From positions 224,001-288,000 of the forward strand of contig JAHQWG010000028.1 in NCBI GenBank assembly GCA_029856045.1: a stretch of 64,000 nucleotides of DNA, given 5' to 3'. Source of the DNA: Promethearchaeia archaeon. Its GTDB lineage: Archaea; Asgardarchaeota; Lokiarchaeia; Sigyniarchaeales; SOKP01. Shown one piece after another: positions 10,247-20,376 of the stretch. Every line of letters starts with the position of its first letter. Within the stretch, counting starts at the first letter, position 1. The translations under genes were made by a program, and so were the position numbers. Under the pieces are notes generated by a model. The model was not told the DNA's origin. It did no database searches and saw nothing but the letters and a program-made list of their open reading frames with translations.

Positions 10247-10894
10247 TTAACTACCCTCCATCAATTTCTTAGCCTTTTCTGCAGCGTCAATGGCATTCTT
10301 GCCCCAAGCATCAGCCCCAATCTCATCTGCAAATTCCTGGGATGTAGGAACTCCACCAACCATCACCTTAACGCTGTTGCGCAGACCATTTTCTTGAAGT
10401 TTTTTGATAATGTCCTTCATATCCAACATCGTGGTTGTCATATAACAACCTAACCCTAAAATGTTAGGTTTGAGCTCCTTAACTTTTTCTATGAAGGTTG
10501 CGATTGATACGTCCTCTCCTACGTCGATAACCTCAAATCCAGCACTTCGTAACATAACTATCACTATTATCTTACCCAGGGTGTGCATATCACCAGCCAC
10601 TGTTCCAATTACTACTTTCCCCGTTGCTCCGAATTCTCCAGCAGTTAAATGAGGTTCAATGATTTCCATTGCCATCTTGAAAGCTTCGGCACTCATCACA
10701 ACATCTGGCAGAAAATATTCGTTTTTCTTCCATAATTCTCCTGCCTCTTCAATTCCCGGTATAATACCTTCATTCACTATGTTCAAAGGTTGAATATTCT
10801 GTTCGATGGCCTTTTGAGCCAAGCTTTGGGCTAAATCATCCTCACCTTCAAGAATTGCATTTTCTAATTCTTTTAAAGTATTTGTAACAGCCAT
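10247..10894 (-). CDS. Corrinoid protein (copy 2)
   Basis: 6 differences in 215 aa from 6512..7159. DMHTLG motif. Confidence 0.92.
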   Translation of the reverse strand: MAVTNTLKELENAILEGEDDLAQSLAQKAIEQNIQPLNIVNEGIIPGIEEAGELWKKNEYFLPDVVMSAEAFKMAMEIIEPHLTAGEFGATGKVVIGTVAGDMHTLGKIIVIVMLRSAGFEVIDVGEDVSIATFIEKVKELKPNILGLGCYMTTTMLDMKDIIKKLQENGLRNSVKVMVGGVPTSQEFADEIGADAWGKNAIDAAEKAKKLMEGS

Positions 10895-11157
10895 ATAAAA
10901 TTCTTCCCTTTTTAGATCTACATTCTAATTTTCAATTATATGAATAAAAGAACGGATGGTTTGCTCCCATCATTTTAATTGGTCTATTATTTCTTTCAAT
11001 TTATCAGGATTTTTGGAAAATATCATAAATTCTGATAACCTAATTTCAACTTACTTTATTTATATTTTAAATTCAAATATCTTTTAGAAATAGATTAAAG
11101 TTATATTTAAATTTTTTTATGTTTATAACATTTCAACACTCTTTTATATTTTAAAAA

Positions 11158-12138
11158 ATGAATTTAAAATTGATGCCTAGAAAAAATAAAGAAAGGGAAT
11201 TGATCGAAGTATTTCAAAATTCAGGTTTAAATTACAAAGAGGCTCTAATTTATTTTACTTTAATGAAATTGGGACAAAAAGGATGTATGGTTAGGGATTT
11301 AATACACAGATTATCTATTGAAAGAACGACGATATATTCTATTCTGCGAAAGTTGATTAAATATGGATATATAAAAAAGGGTGAGAAATCTGAAACAATA
11401 AAAAAGGCAACTATTTTTATTGCAATAGAACCAGAGTCATATTTCTCTAATCTTATATTAAAAAAAGAAAGCGAAATTAACGAATTAAAAAAGATTAAAC
11501 ACAAATATTTTAGACTCTTTCAAAATATATATCAAAATGGATTAGAATATTCATACGATGAGCTTGATTCTTTTATTCAGCCCTATTTTAAGCCTTTATT
11601 AGAGAAAGGTTGGAAAGTTAGATCTTACTATGTTAAAAAAAAAGTACCAATATTTAATTACACGGTTTATGATTGTTCACTTCAATCTCCTAAAGTGAAA
11701 TATATAAAGATCAGTGCCTTTCATGTATTTATTTTTGATTATAACATTGAAAAAGACGAAAATACCTTAAAATATTTTATTAACAGACTTAAAAGACACT
11801 TTAGAGAAGAGACATTATATCATACCGATTTAAAAAAATTTGTGGTTGAAGAAGACGAAATTAAGATATTTGGAAATATTTATCCTTCATTTAATTTGAA
11901 AATAAATATTGAAGAAATAAAAAACTCAAGATTTTTTTCCACTTATTTCGAAGATATTGTTGATTTTAATAATGATAAACATAAAAACCCAAATAATTTT
12001 AGAATTGAAATAATTTCTGTATTATTTCCAATTAAAAATAAATTATTCTTTCTATTTTCGGAATCTCGAGAAACTTTAAAGGAAATGGTGGAGCCTATTT
12101 TAAAAATCGAAAGAAATGCTATTAAAAATATAGGCTAA
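11158..12138 (+). CDS. TrmB-like wHTH regulator with unrelated C-terminal domain
   Basis: GLNYKEALIYFTL...IERTTIYSILRKLIKYGYI...FIAIEP. Confidence 0.75.
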   Translation: MNLKLMPRKNKERELIEVFQNSGLNYKEALIYFTLMKLGQKGCMVRDLIHRLSIERTTIYSILRKLIKYGYIKKGEKSETIKKATIFIAIEPESYFSNLILKKESEINELKKIKHKYFRLFQNIYQNGLEYSYDELDSFIQPYFKPLLEKGWKVRSYYVKKKVPIFNYTVYDCSLQSPKVKYIKISAFHVFIFDYNIEKDENTLKYFINRLKRHFREETLYHTDLKKFVVEEDEIKIFGNIYPSFNLKINIEEIKNSRFFSTYFEDIVDFNNDKHKNPNNFRIEIISVLFPIKNKLFFLFSESRETLKEMVEPILKIERNAIKNIG

Positions 12139-12386
12139 TATAATGCATATTTATATATATTTTTTTTTAAAATTAAATGCCTTCTATTTATTCTAAATTA
12201 AATTATTGAATAAAAATTATATATTTTTTTTTTGCCTTTTTTCCAAATTACCAAAATTTGATTTTTATTCTCCTTTATTTGTTATTATTACATTATAATT
12301 AAATTAAATTTAATTCGCATATTATATAGATAATAAGTTAAAAAGTAATTTTCAATTTTTCAATTATTTTAAACGTTTAAGAAATT

Positions 12387-13322
12387 ATGTTAAATTTTAA
12401 GAAAGAACAACAAACAATAGATATTGGCAGAATAAAAATTGGCGGACAAATTGGTAAATATCCCACGGTTTTAATCGGTAGTATATTTTATGAAGGAGAT
12501 AAAATAGTATCAGATGAAAATAAGGGGATTTTTGATAAAAAAAAAGCAGAAGAATTAATTTTTTTACAAAAAGAGCTTTCCGATAAGAGCGGCAATCCAT
12601 GCATGTTAGATGTAGTTGGTACTTCTGAGGCTGCTTTTCGAAAATATATTGATTTTGTTGCAAATTTAACTTCCGATCCATTTTTATTAAATGCTACATC
12701 TGCTGAGCTTAGAATAAAACTAATAAAATATATAAAAGAAATAGGTTTAACTGATAGAATAATATACAATTCAATTAACTATACGTTTTTAGAAGAAGAA
12801 GTTAACGCTATTAAAAAATATAATATTAAATCTGCACTAATACAATCATTAAATCCGACAAATTCAAGAATTATTGGTATGTTAAAATTATTGAAGGGAA
12901 AAGATGATAAGGAAGGATTGGTAGAAAAATCTTTAAGAGCTGGCCTAAAAAATATACTACTTTTTACAAATGTATTTGAAATACCAACTATAGGACTTGC
13001 CTCTAGAGGAATTTATAGGTTAAAAGAAGAATTTGGACTTCCTACTGGAACCGCACCTGTAGGTGTAATTGGTAAGTGGTGTATAAAAAATAATGTATTT
13101 AAAGGAAATTTCAAAAGTGCATGTGAATCTGCTGGAGTTGCCTTGGCACAAGCTATGGGTGCAGATTATATAATTTATGGTGCTCTAAAAAAAGCAGAAC
13201 ATATTTTTCCATCTGCAGCAATTATTGATGCAATGATTTCTTTGAACTCAAGAATTACTTTTGGACTAAGAACAATTGAGAAAAATCATCCAATTAACAA
13301 ACTATATTTCCCATTAACATAA
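12387..13322 (+). CDS. mtrH: MtrH-family methyl-corrinoid:tetrahydromethanopterin/tetrahydrofolate methyltransferase (stand-alone)
   Basis: IGGQIGKYPTVLIGSIFY, DRIIYNSIN, KEEFGLPTG, GADYIIYG and NHPINKL are MtrH signatures. No other mtr genes are adjacent. Confidence 0.85.
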   Translation: MLNFKKEQQTIDIGRIKIGGQIGKYPTVLIGSIFYEGDKIVSDENKGIFDKKKAEELIFLQKELSDKSGNPCMLDVVGTSEAAFRKYIDFVANLTSDPFLLNATSAELRIKLIKYIKEIGLTDRIIYNSINYTFLEEEVNAIKKYNIKSALIQSLNPTNSRIIGMLKLLKGKDDKEGLVEKSLRAGLKNILLFTNVFEIPTIGLASRGIYRLKEEFGLPTGTAPVGVIGKWCIKNNVFKGNFKSACESAGVALAQAMGADYIIYGALKKAEHIFPSAAIIDAMISLNSRITFGLRTIEKNHPINKLYFPLT

Positions 13323-13517
13323 TAAAGTTTTAAATGATTTAAATCCCAAATTAGAAAAAAGATTAATTCTTTTTAATACTTACCTATTCTTTTTTTAATT
13401 CTTTTAATTTTTTTTCCTTATCCTTATCAATAAAGGTTTTTTGAAGAAATTCTTCTTTAATTAGTTCAATTTTTTTATATCTATTTTAAGATAAAAATTG
13501 AAAAAATAGAAAAAGAC

Positions 13518-13970
13518 TTATTCTGGAGTAATTTCATCCAAATCTGATAAATCCAACCCGGAATCCATCTCAGAGGGCATCTCTGCTAAAAATTCATCTA
13601 GTACTTCTTTTAACTCTTCCCCACTACGTTTTAAAATTAGCCTAATTAGACCAAGATTTACTTCTGGATCCGATATTAAAGTTAGAACCCCGCGCCCACA
13701 GGAGCTCGCAAATATTTTACCATTAGCGAATTCGGAAGTGACAATTTCTAAAAGCCCTAATTCAAGGTTCTTACCCTGTTCCTCAGAAGCACAAAATACT
13801 GCACTTGCAATAGCACCAATACCGTCAACATCGGTGGGGAAATACGAGAATTTTGATACACTGGCAATTGTTAAGCCCGTTCTATCGACTAGAATTACTT
13901 TTTTAATCCCACTTTCAGATTTAATTATTTTACTAAGGATTTTGTCAAAACTTTTTGTATCAAGAGAAAT
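13518..13970 (-). CDS. Roadblock/LAMTOR2 (MglB-like) domain protein, missed by the ORF track; ATT start
   Basis: Translates to (M)SLDTKSFDKILSKIIKSESGIKKVILVDRTGLTIASV...DGIGAIASAVFCASEEQGKNLELG...VNLGLIRLILKR...DEITPE*. GGAG lies 10 nt upstream of the ATT and there is an in-frame TGA further upstream. Confidence 0.88.
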   Translation of the reverse strand: MSLDTKSFDKILSKIIKSESGIKKVILVDRTGLTIASVSKFSYFPTDVDGIGAIASAVFCASEEQGKNLELGLLEIVTSEFANGKIFASSCGRGVLTLISDPEVNLGLIRLILKRSGEELKEVLDEFLAEMPSEMDSGLDLSDLDEITPE

Positions 13971-14568
13971 TTGAATACATCTCCGAGATTTATTTCATTA
14001 ATCAAAACTAAAGGAAATTTTCTTAATAATATAAAGACAATTTATTATATAAAAATTTATTCTTATAAATGATTGAGATTTTCGCCATATTACTCATTAT
14101 AGTATAATTAGGATTTGAAAAATATTTTATTGATTCATGGAATGATATTATTTTTTGAAAACTTCACTTTTTTCCATTTTAATTTTTATTTTAATAGATA
14201 TTGGAGTTATTTACACTTATACATTTATTCTTTTTAATAATTAAATAAATTCAAATATATTTAGTGGAATTTTTAATATTCTATTTTCGCATCTTAATAA
14301 AGCCGCTAATTTTTATAATATTTGCAATAAATCCTAGGCTCTTTTTTTCCAAGTTGAGCAATCATTCTTTTCCCATAAAAGATACTATATAGAAAAATAG
14401 GTACTATCAAAAAGAATAGGTTTTCCCCCTATTCAGTTAGTCTTTATCTCGTATATATAACTATTATCAAAATTTTTCAATAAGATTGAGATTTTCTAGT
14501 GAATTAAAAAAGTTTAAATATAAATCACATTTCTTATATACTCAATTAATCATCTCAGTTGATTAGAT

Positions 14569-15216
14569 TTGAAATTACCAAGAAAATATGCTGGTTTATT
14601 AGGAATAATTGCGGGAATACAGTTTATCATTCTAACAATAATAGCAATGCTTATTTATCCTGGAGGCTACACATTCTGGGAACACTTTTTCAGCAATTTA
14701 GGTTGTGTTGAAGCGTATGAACCAGGAGGTTTAGCCAGAGGTCTGTCAAATATCCCATGCTATATAATCTTTGTAATTACATGTACAACTGCAGCAATTC
14801 TTGTAATACCCTTTGGCCTTGGATTAAATGATCTCTTTAAAGAAAGCAAAATAGAAAAATATCTAAGTACTATTGGAACTATTTTTATTATAGTAGCTGC
14901 TCCTAATCTCTCCTTATTAGCAATATTCCCAAGTGATGTTCTTAATACTCCCCACATCTTAACTACGCAATTTTTCTTCTTGTTTTATGGTATAGCTATA
15001 ATAATCTTTTCTGTAGCAATCTTATTCAATAAAAATTATGCAAATTATTACAGCTATATTGGATTTATTATAGCGACATTTCTTATATTATATACATTTG
15101 TTTTTCTCTTTAATGCTATGTTTCAAAAATTAACTGTCTATTTAACAATTTTATGGAGCGTGGTTCAGGGAATTAAGCTATGGAAAAGCGATATTAGATT
15201 AAAACAACCTTCATAA
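14569..15216 (+). CDS. DUF998-like membrane protein
   Basis: About 6 TM segments. YPGGY...FFSNLG and FPSD...H motifs. Confidence 0.65.
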   Translation: MKLPRKYAGLLGIIAGIQFIILTIIAMLIYPGGYTFWEHFFSNLGCVEAYEPGGLARGLSNIPCYIIFVITCTTAAILVIPFGLGLNDLFKESKIEKYLSTIGTIFIIVAAPNLSLLAIFPSDVLNTPHILTTQFFFLFYGIAIIIFSVAILFNKNYANYYSYIGFIIATFLILYTFVFLFNAMFQKLTVYLTILWSVVQGIKLWKSDIRLKQPS

Positions 15217-15222
15217 TTCCTT

Positions 15223-17187
15223 CTATGAAACCTTTGGAATTAATACAATAAAGTTACTTCCTTTTGAATAATCTCCCTGAATTCTATCCTCTACCCAAAT
15301 TTCTCCGTTATAACTTGTTATGATTTTTTTAACTAAGGACAATCCTAATCCCATACCTCTTCCCGTTATTCCTTCCTCAGTGGTTCTTCGAAAAATAACT
15401 TCTTTTCTATTATTTGGTATTCCTCTCCCGTTATCTATAAACTCAAGTTTAAGAAAATTATTTCTTTCTTTCTGTATTTCTGTAACTCTAATTAAAATTT
15501 CCACTATAGAATTATCATTATGTCTTATACAATTAATTAAGATATTTTCAAAAATATCTATCAATAATTCATTTGCTTGGACGTAGATCTGTTTAATGGT
15601 CGAATCCATTACCATATTAATTTTTCTTTCTTTGAAACCATTCTTTACATTCTCTAGGGCATTTTTTAAAACATTAAAAATTTCCGTTAATTGGGTTTTT
15701 ATATGTGTTTCTTCCAGTTTTGATAATTTTTGTACATTTAAAATTAATTTTGCACCTCTTTTAACTTGATTTTTCATAATTCTCAATATTTCATCCATTT
15801 CTTTGAATTTTTCAGGATTTTTTATGTATAAGGAAAGTAATTCTCCAGAAGATGATATATTTTGAAGAATGTTATTCATGTCGTGAGTAAATAAATCTTT
15901 GTAAAAATTAACACGATTATAGGCTTCACGATATTTTTCTTCAGATTTTTTTAAATTAAGCTCGATTTTTATACGTTCGGTAATATCCCTTGAGATTATT
16001 AACAATTTCCGATTTCCATCATCATCTCTAAACGTTATACCTTTAATATCAAACCAAATCCATTGTCCATTTTTATGTCTTATCCTTCCTTCACGCCTAA
16101 ATTCCCCAGTTATAAGTGCTTTCTTTATTAATCGGATTACTTGCCCGAGCTCATCTGGATGAATAAGCTTTCTTCCAAATTTTCCAATTAAATCTTCTTT
16201 TGAATAACCTATTAATTTTAAATGAGCAAATTCATTAATATATTCAACTTCAATTTTATCATTAAAAACCCGAATTAAATCATTCGCATTTTCCGAAATA
16301 AGACGATATTTTTCTTCAGATTCTTTTAATTTTTGTTCTGCCTTCTTGCGCTCGGTAATGTCTCTTACAACAGATATTACTGTGGGTTCTCCACCAAATT
16401 CAAATAAATGGGAATTTATCTCAACAGGTAGCTTTTTACCAGTTTTGGTTACATTTACTAATTCAAAAAGAATATATTTTTCAGAAATAAGGTTCTTCAT
16501 AAAATTAGGAGCAATTCCAAATTTTTTAGGTGTATCAATATCCCCAGGTGCTAAATTTAGAAATTCTTCTCTTGTATAGCCATATCTCTGACAAGCTATA
16601 TCATTAACTTCGAAAAATCTACTAGGACGTCCATCTTTTGTTACTCTCCAAACAAAAACGGCATCACCACCACTGTTAAATAAAATTTTATATTTTTCTT
16701 CGGATTCTTTTAATTCCTTAGTCCTTTTTTTTACCTTTTGTTCTAATATTTTTAGGTTTTCTTTGGATTCTCTTAATTTTAGTTCTTGTTCCTTTTTATC
16801 TGTAATGTTTTGAATTACACATTGTATATATGTTCCAGTATTTAACTTAAGTAAAGAAGAATTTACTTTTACCCAAATCAAATTACCATTCTTTTTAAGA
16901 AGTTGAATTTCTAATGGTTTTAGAGAATTTCCTTTATCTATTTTTTCTTTTCTTTTCTTTAATAAAGGTATTGATTCTTGAAAGTATGCATTCATCGCTA
17001 GGTAATTTATACCAATCAAATCGCTTTTTTTATATCCAAACATCTCTGTTGTCGCGGAATTGCAATCCATAATCACTCCTTGTGAGTTTAAAAGAACTAT
17101 GGAATCTGGAGAACTCTCAAATAAATGATTGTATTTTGCTTTTAAATCGAGGAAATTCTCTCTAATTATATTTTTTTCTGTTTTAAT
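15223..17187 (-). CDS. Multi-PAS sensor histidine kinase
   Basis: Three PAS/PAC repeats, H-box FTHDMNNILQ, N box NILINCIRH, G boxes DNGRGI and GMGLGL. The frame extends 37 codons upstream of the GTG at 17076 and includes the PAS start YNHLFESSPDSIVLL. Probable ATT start at 17187. Confidence 0.9.
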   Translation of the reverse strand: MKTEKNIIRENFLDLKAKYNHLFESSPDSIVLLNSQGVIMDCNSATTEMFGYKKSDLIGINYLAMNAYFQESIPLLKKRKEKIDKGNSLKPLEIQLLKKNGNLIWVKVNSSLLKLNTGTYIQCVIQNITDKKEQELKLRESKENLKILEQKVKKRTKELKESEEKYKILFNSGGDAVFVWRVTKDGRPSRFFEVNDIACQRYGYTREEFLNLAPGDIDTPKKFGIAPNFMKNLISEKYILFELVNVTKTGKKLPVEINSHLFEFGGEPTVISVVRDITERKKAEQKLKESEEKYRLISENANDLIRVFNDKIEVEYINEFAHLKLIGYSKEDLIGKFGRKLIHPDELGQVIRLIKKALITGEFRREGRIRHKNGQWIWFDIKGITFRDDDGNRKLLIISRDITERIKIELNLKKSEEKYREAYNRVNFYKDLFTHDMNNILQNISSSGELLSLYIKNPEKFKEMDEILRIMKNQVKRGAKLILNVQKLSKLEETHIKTQLTEIFNVLKNALENVKNGFKERKINMVMDSTIKQIYVQANELLIDIFENILINCIRHNDNSIVEILIRVTEIQKERNNFLKLEFIDNGRGIPNNRKEVIFRRTTEEGITGRGMGLGLSLVKKIITSYNGEIWVEDRIQGDYSKGSNFIVLIPKVS

Positions 17188-17497
17188 AAAATATCACTCT
17201 CATTTAAAAAAAGTTAAAATAAATATTAAATGGATATAATTTAGACATAATTGTATTTTTATCTATTTTAATAATATTCTCATAATTAAAAATACTATGC
17301 AAAATAATTCTTGTTCTGATATATGGGAAAAGTTTCTTTATTTTCGGGAAATATTTTTTTACATTTGGATTACATAATTTGAGGGATCTAATACTATTTT
17401 TCGTTAATCAAAAATAAATAGCTGATTAAATACATCGAATTAAATAAAAATTATATAATATTTTTCATAATTTTCAATAGAGATGTTTTTTTTCTCG

Positions 17498-17833
17498 TTA
17501 AGGCCATTCAACGTGCACAATAAATCGTTTAGCCGTCGCATGATAATATTTTTCCTTGATTCCATATTTGTTGATTACAATACGGGGCTCAGCTACCAAT
17601 TCTTTAACCCGCAAATCATCCAAATGACGTTTTATAGTACCCGGGTTCATTTTCAGTTCTTTCTTCAAGTCCATAATATTTTTTTCCCCACGCATTAAAA
17701 GTTTCAAGATAGCTTGCTTTTTCTTGTGAAAGAGCACTGAAACCACTTCCGGATCTGAAATTTTGATTTCCGGGAGCAAAATTGCATTGAATTTCTCTGG
17801 AGAGAGTGAATTACTTTTTCTCATCAACCTCAC
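17498..17833 (-). CDS. ArsR-like winged-helix transcriptional regulator
   Basis: ILKLL...NIMDLKKELKMNPGTIKRHLDDL...EKYYHATA. Confidence 0.8.
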   Translation of the reverse strand: MRLMRKSNSLSPEKFNAILLPEIKISDPEVVSVLFHKKKQAILKLLMRGEKNIMDLKKELKMNPGTIKRHLDDLRVKELVAEPRIVINKYGIKEKYYHATAKRFIVHVEWP

Positions 17834-18704
17834 TAGCTACATAAGTCAAAGAGTTATAAATACGAGTAGTAATTAAAGTTAATATTGGAAGCTCTAAGAA
17901 AAAGGTGATTATTGTCTCCGCAAAATAGAGTGTATAAGACCAATATTTCCAAAGGACTGAATAATGGGGAATTATTAATAATAAGATATAGTAATTAATA
18001 ATATCTATAAAGACCCAAGGCACAGTGAATATTAAGAAGAAGAATAAGAGAGAGATAAAAATACGTTTCCAATTGAGACTTAACAAACGCCAATTCTCAG
18101 AGAAAGCTTGTTTTATTCCGCCTTGTGCGGTTAAACTTGGATATATTTGGATAAATAAAGTCATCCAAAAAAGATTGAAAATACATAGAGTAATATTTAT
18201 TGTCGCATAGGAAAAAACATGGTAAGGTAAGGTTTCTGGTTCTATAATTGGATGCCATAATATTGAACTTATGATTCCTCCATAAACTAAGGGTCCAAAA
18301 TTAAGGAGGAAGAACAAAAGAATATATTGCCACCAATATCGACGAAAGTAGTGGAAAAGACTTTTAAATTTGGTGAATAGGTTACCACTCGACATAATAT
18401 CATAAGATAAGCCAAAAGAGCATCCAAAAAATACAGAATATACTATAATTCCGATTAAAGATCGGATACTCGCTATTATTGATAACCAAACTGGATTATA
18501 GGGAAGAGAATCGCCACCATTAAAAACTATCACAACATTCCATAAATCCCATGGTTGCGGCTGAAATAAGAGAAAAATTATAACACTGATTATTTGAGCA
18601 CTCAAAAACGGTTTGAAATTGGACTTATACAACTTCCAACTTAATTTAAGATCAACCAGCGCCTCGTGTGTATGACTCTGAACTTGTAACCTTTTCTTAT
18701 TCAC
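17811..18704 (-). CDS. Integral membrane protein, unknown function
   Basis: About 6 hydrophobic segments. Overlaps the regulator gene. Confidence 0.65.
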   Translation of the reverse strand: MNKKRLQVQSHTHEALVDLKLSWKLYKSNFKPFLSAQIISVIIFLLFQPQPWDLWNVVIVFNGGDSLPYNPVWLSIIASIRSLIGIIVYSVFFGCSFGLSYDIMSSGNLFTKFKSLFHYFRRYWWQYILLFFLLNFGPLVYGGIISSILWHPIIEPETLPYHVFSYATINITLCIFNLFWMTLFIQIYPSLTAQGGIKQAFSENWRLLSLNWKRIFISLLFFFLIFTVPWVFIDIINYYILLLIIPHYSVLWKYWSYTLYFAETIITFFLELPILTLITTRIYNSLTYVASEVDEKK

Positions 18705-18820
18705 CGGATTACATATCTCCTTCTTTATATTTATTTAATTCTTGGGAAATTACTTGTAGAATCTCTACTGGACAGAAATTTTTTATTTTGCTTTTTTTAC
18801 AAAATGAAAACAGTAAGCGG

Positions 18821-18860
18821 AATATATAAATTTTAGCATTTGCAAAATATGCAAAATGGA
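18821..18860 (-). promoter_or_regulatory. Candidate TATA box plus palindromic operator for the membrane protein/ArsR operon
   Basis: Minus-strand TTTATATA next to the imperfect inverted repeat catttgca-aaata-tgcaaaatg. Confidence 0.35.
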
Positions 18861-19014
18861 ATTTTATTAAAAAAACTGTTTTCTAAAAATAATAAAAATG
18901 AAAAATTGAAAGAGTTTAAGGTAATACATCCTCTTTCTCTTCTAGAATAGAACTAAATTTTCTAAACCCTAAGAATAACAAGAAATATGTAGTATTTTAA
19001 AAAAGATATTAAAT

Positions 19015-20205
19015 CTAAAGATAATCATTTTTGACTCGCGTAAATATTGTGAGTATAATTATTAGAATTCCTATTATTATAAAAAACGCAAAAATGTTCC
19101 ACATTACTATGATTCCAATAAAAGGATAAATAATTGCTTGGATAAGACTTCCAAACATATTAATAGTGCTAAGAACAGTTGCCCGATTTTCAGATTCAAC
19201 CTGACTATTAATTCCATTTATAAATAGTAAATATCTTGGATACCCAAATGCTACAATAATCAATATAACCACAATACCCAAAAATATATTGGTGGTTAAA
19301 CCTAAAAAGATATACGAGAAACCAGTTATTAAATTAAACAAAATTAAAAGTTTGATTTTACTTTTAATCCGTTTTGAAAATTTTGGTATTAAATTAATAA
19401 AAATAGCATCAATAATATTCATCATAGAATTAATAAGACCAAAAAATAAGATATGAACATTAATTTCTTGGAGATAAGGCTGATAAGTCCAAAATAAAAA
19501 AAATATTAACACATTTATGAATAATCTATCAAAACATAGAATTCTTAATATTTTATTTCTTTTAAGTTCTCTAAAACCATCCTTAATTATACTCAAATAT
19601 CTTTCTGATTTATTATGATTTTTATATTTAGGTTCTTTGAATGTCAATGACGCAATAAACGCTCCCATATAAACAAATGCTAAACACGTCATAGAAAATT
19701 GGTATGAAATAAACACTGCAATAATTGACCCAATTGGAGCAGAAAGGGTTAATGCAATCAAATTCATTGTTCGATTTCTTGCTAAAATTTTTGGTAGTTC
19801 ATCTTCTTTTCCTAACTTTCTCAATGTATTATATAAAAAAGCTTCTTCGGTGCCTGACATTAATGCTAAACCTAGAGCCCAAAAAGTCTCTGCAAATATA
19901 AATAATAGAAAACTCGGAAAAATACTATATAAAATCGCTGCAAATGCTACCGAAAGTGCAGATAACGATAACGCAGGTTTTCTCCCAATATAATCCGCAA
20001 TGGCTCCTGATGGAATTTCAAGAAGAAATACCATAAATGTAAAATAACTTTGTAATAACATTATCTCAAAAAATGTAAGCTGCCCCCAAATAGTGAAATA
20101 CGGAATAAATATACCCCTAACCGTATGTATACCTAAAATGAAATGGAAGATATACGATTTATAGATGTTTGATTTAAATTTTCTGTTATTTGCTTCTAAT
20201 TGCAT
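19015..20205 (-). CDS. MFS transporter
   Basis: EIPSGAIADYIGRK motif A. About 12 TM segments. Confidence 0.9.
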   Translation of the reverse strand: MQLEANNRKFKSNIYKSYIFHFILGIHTVRGIFIPYFTIWGQLTFFEIMLLQSYFTFMVFLLEIPSGAIADYIGRKPALSLSALSVAFAAILYSIFPSFLLFIFAETFWALGLALMSGTEEAFLYNTLRKLGKEDELPKILARNRTMNLIALTLSAPIGSIIAVFISYQFSMTCLAFVYMGAFIASLTFKEPKYKNHNKSERYLSIIKDGFRELKRNKILRILCFDRLFINVLIFFLFWTYQPYLQEINVHILFFGLINSMMNIIDAIFINLIPKFSKRIKSKIKLLILFNLITGFSYIFLGLTTNIFLGIVVILIIVAFGYPRYLLFINGINSQVESENRATVLSTINMFGSLIQAIIYPFIGIIVMWNIFAFFIIIGILIIILTIFTRVKNDYL

Positions 20206-20285
20206 GTTATTATGCTTTAATCATACTTAAAAAATTAATAAAATTTTTGATTTTTTTTTATAAGAAATCGTTGTTATGGATGCTT

Positions 20286-20365
20286 TTATGCAATCCACCC
20301 TATATCTAGTTCTTCAAGCTTTATTCTTGTTAGAATTCCATTCTCATCAAAAAATTTCCTTCCAA
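20286..20365 (-). pseudogene. Possible C-terminal remnant of aldehyde:ferredoxin oxidoreductase
   Basis: Reads RKFFDENGILTRIKLEELDIGWIA*, resembling the AOR C-terminal RGWDENGxPTxEKLxELxL. Confidence 0.45.
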
Positions 20366-20376
20366 TTTTTCGTTAT

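Larger units (their letters stand above)
4761..12443. repeat. Tandem segmental duplication, units about 4761-8433 and 8434-12443
   Basis: aattaatgtatgtttttaaaaaactcattttgttatagatt at 4761 recurs, with a few mismatches, at 8434. SCP2, methyltransferase and corrinoid genes are repeated in the same order. The mtrH 5' end is repeated. Confidence 0.9.

Noticed and set aside
10935-11050. Short hairpin GATGG/CCATC and possible gene-end remnant (FSKNPDKLKEIIDQLK*) upstream of corrinoid copy 2
   Set aside because: Too short to assign, and it does not show cobalamin riboswitch consensus elements.
12387-13322. Evidence for methanogenesis or a membrane Mtr complex
   Set aside because: Only mtrH is present, and stand-alone MtrH homologs act in methylotrophic transfer to pterins.
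13738-13974. 78-aa plus-strand ORF from the track
   Set aside because: Antisense shadow of the Roadblock gene.
14414-14434. Hairpin GAATAGG-N7-CCTATTC followed by a T-run on the minus strand, in a long intergenic region
   Set aside because: Could be a terminator or small RNA element, but no gene ends there and no family is recognisable. No selenoprotein is nearby to support a SECIS.
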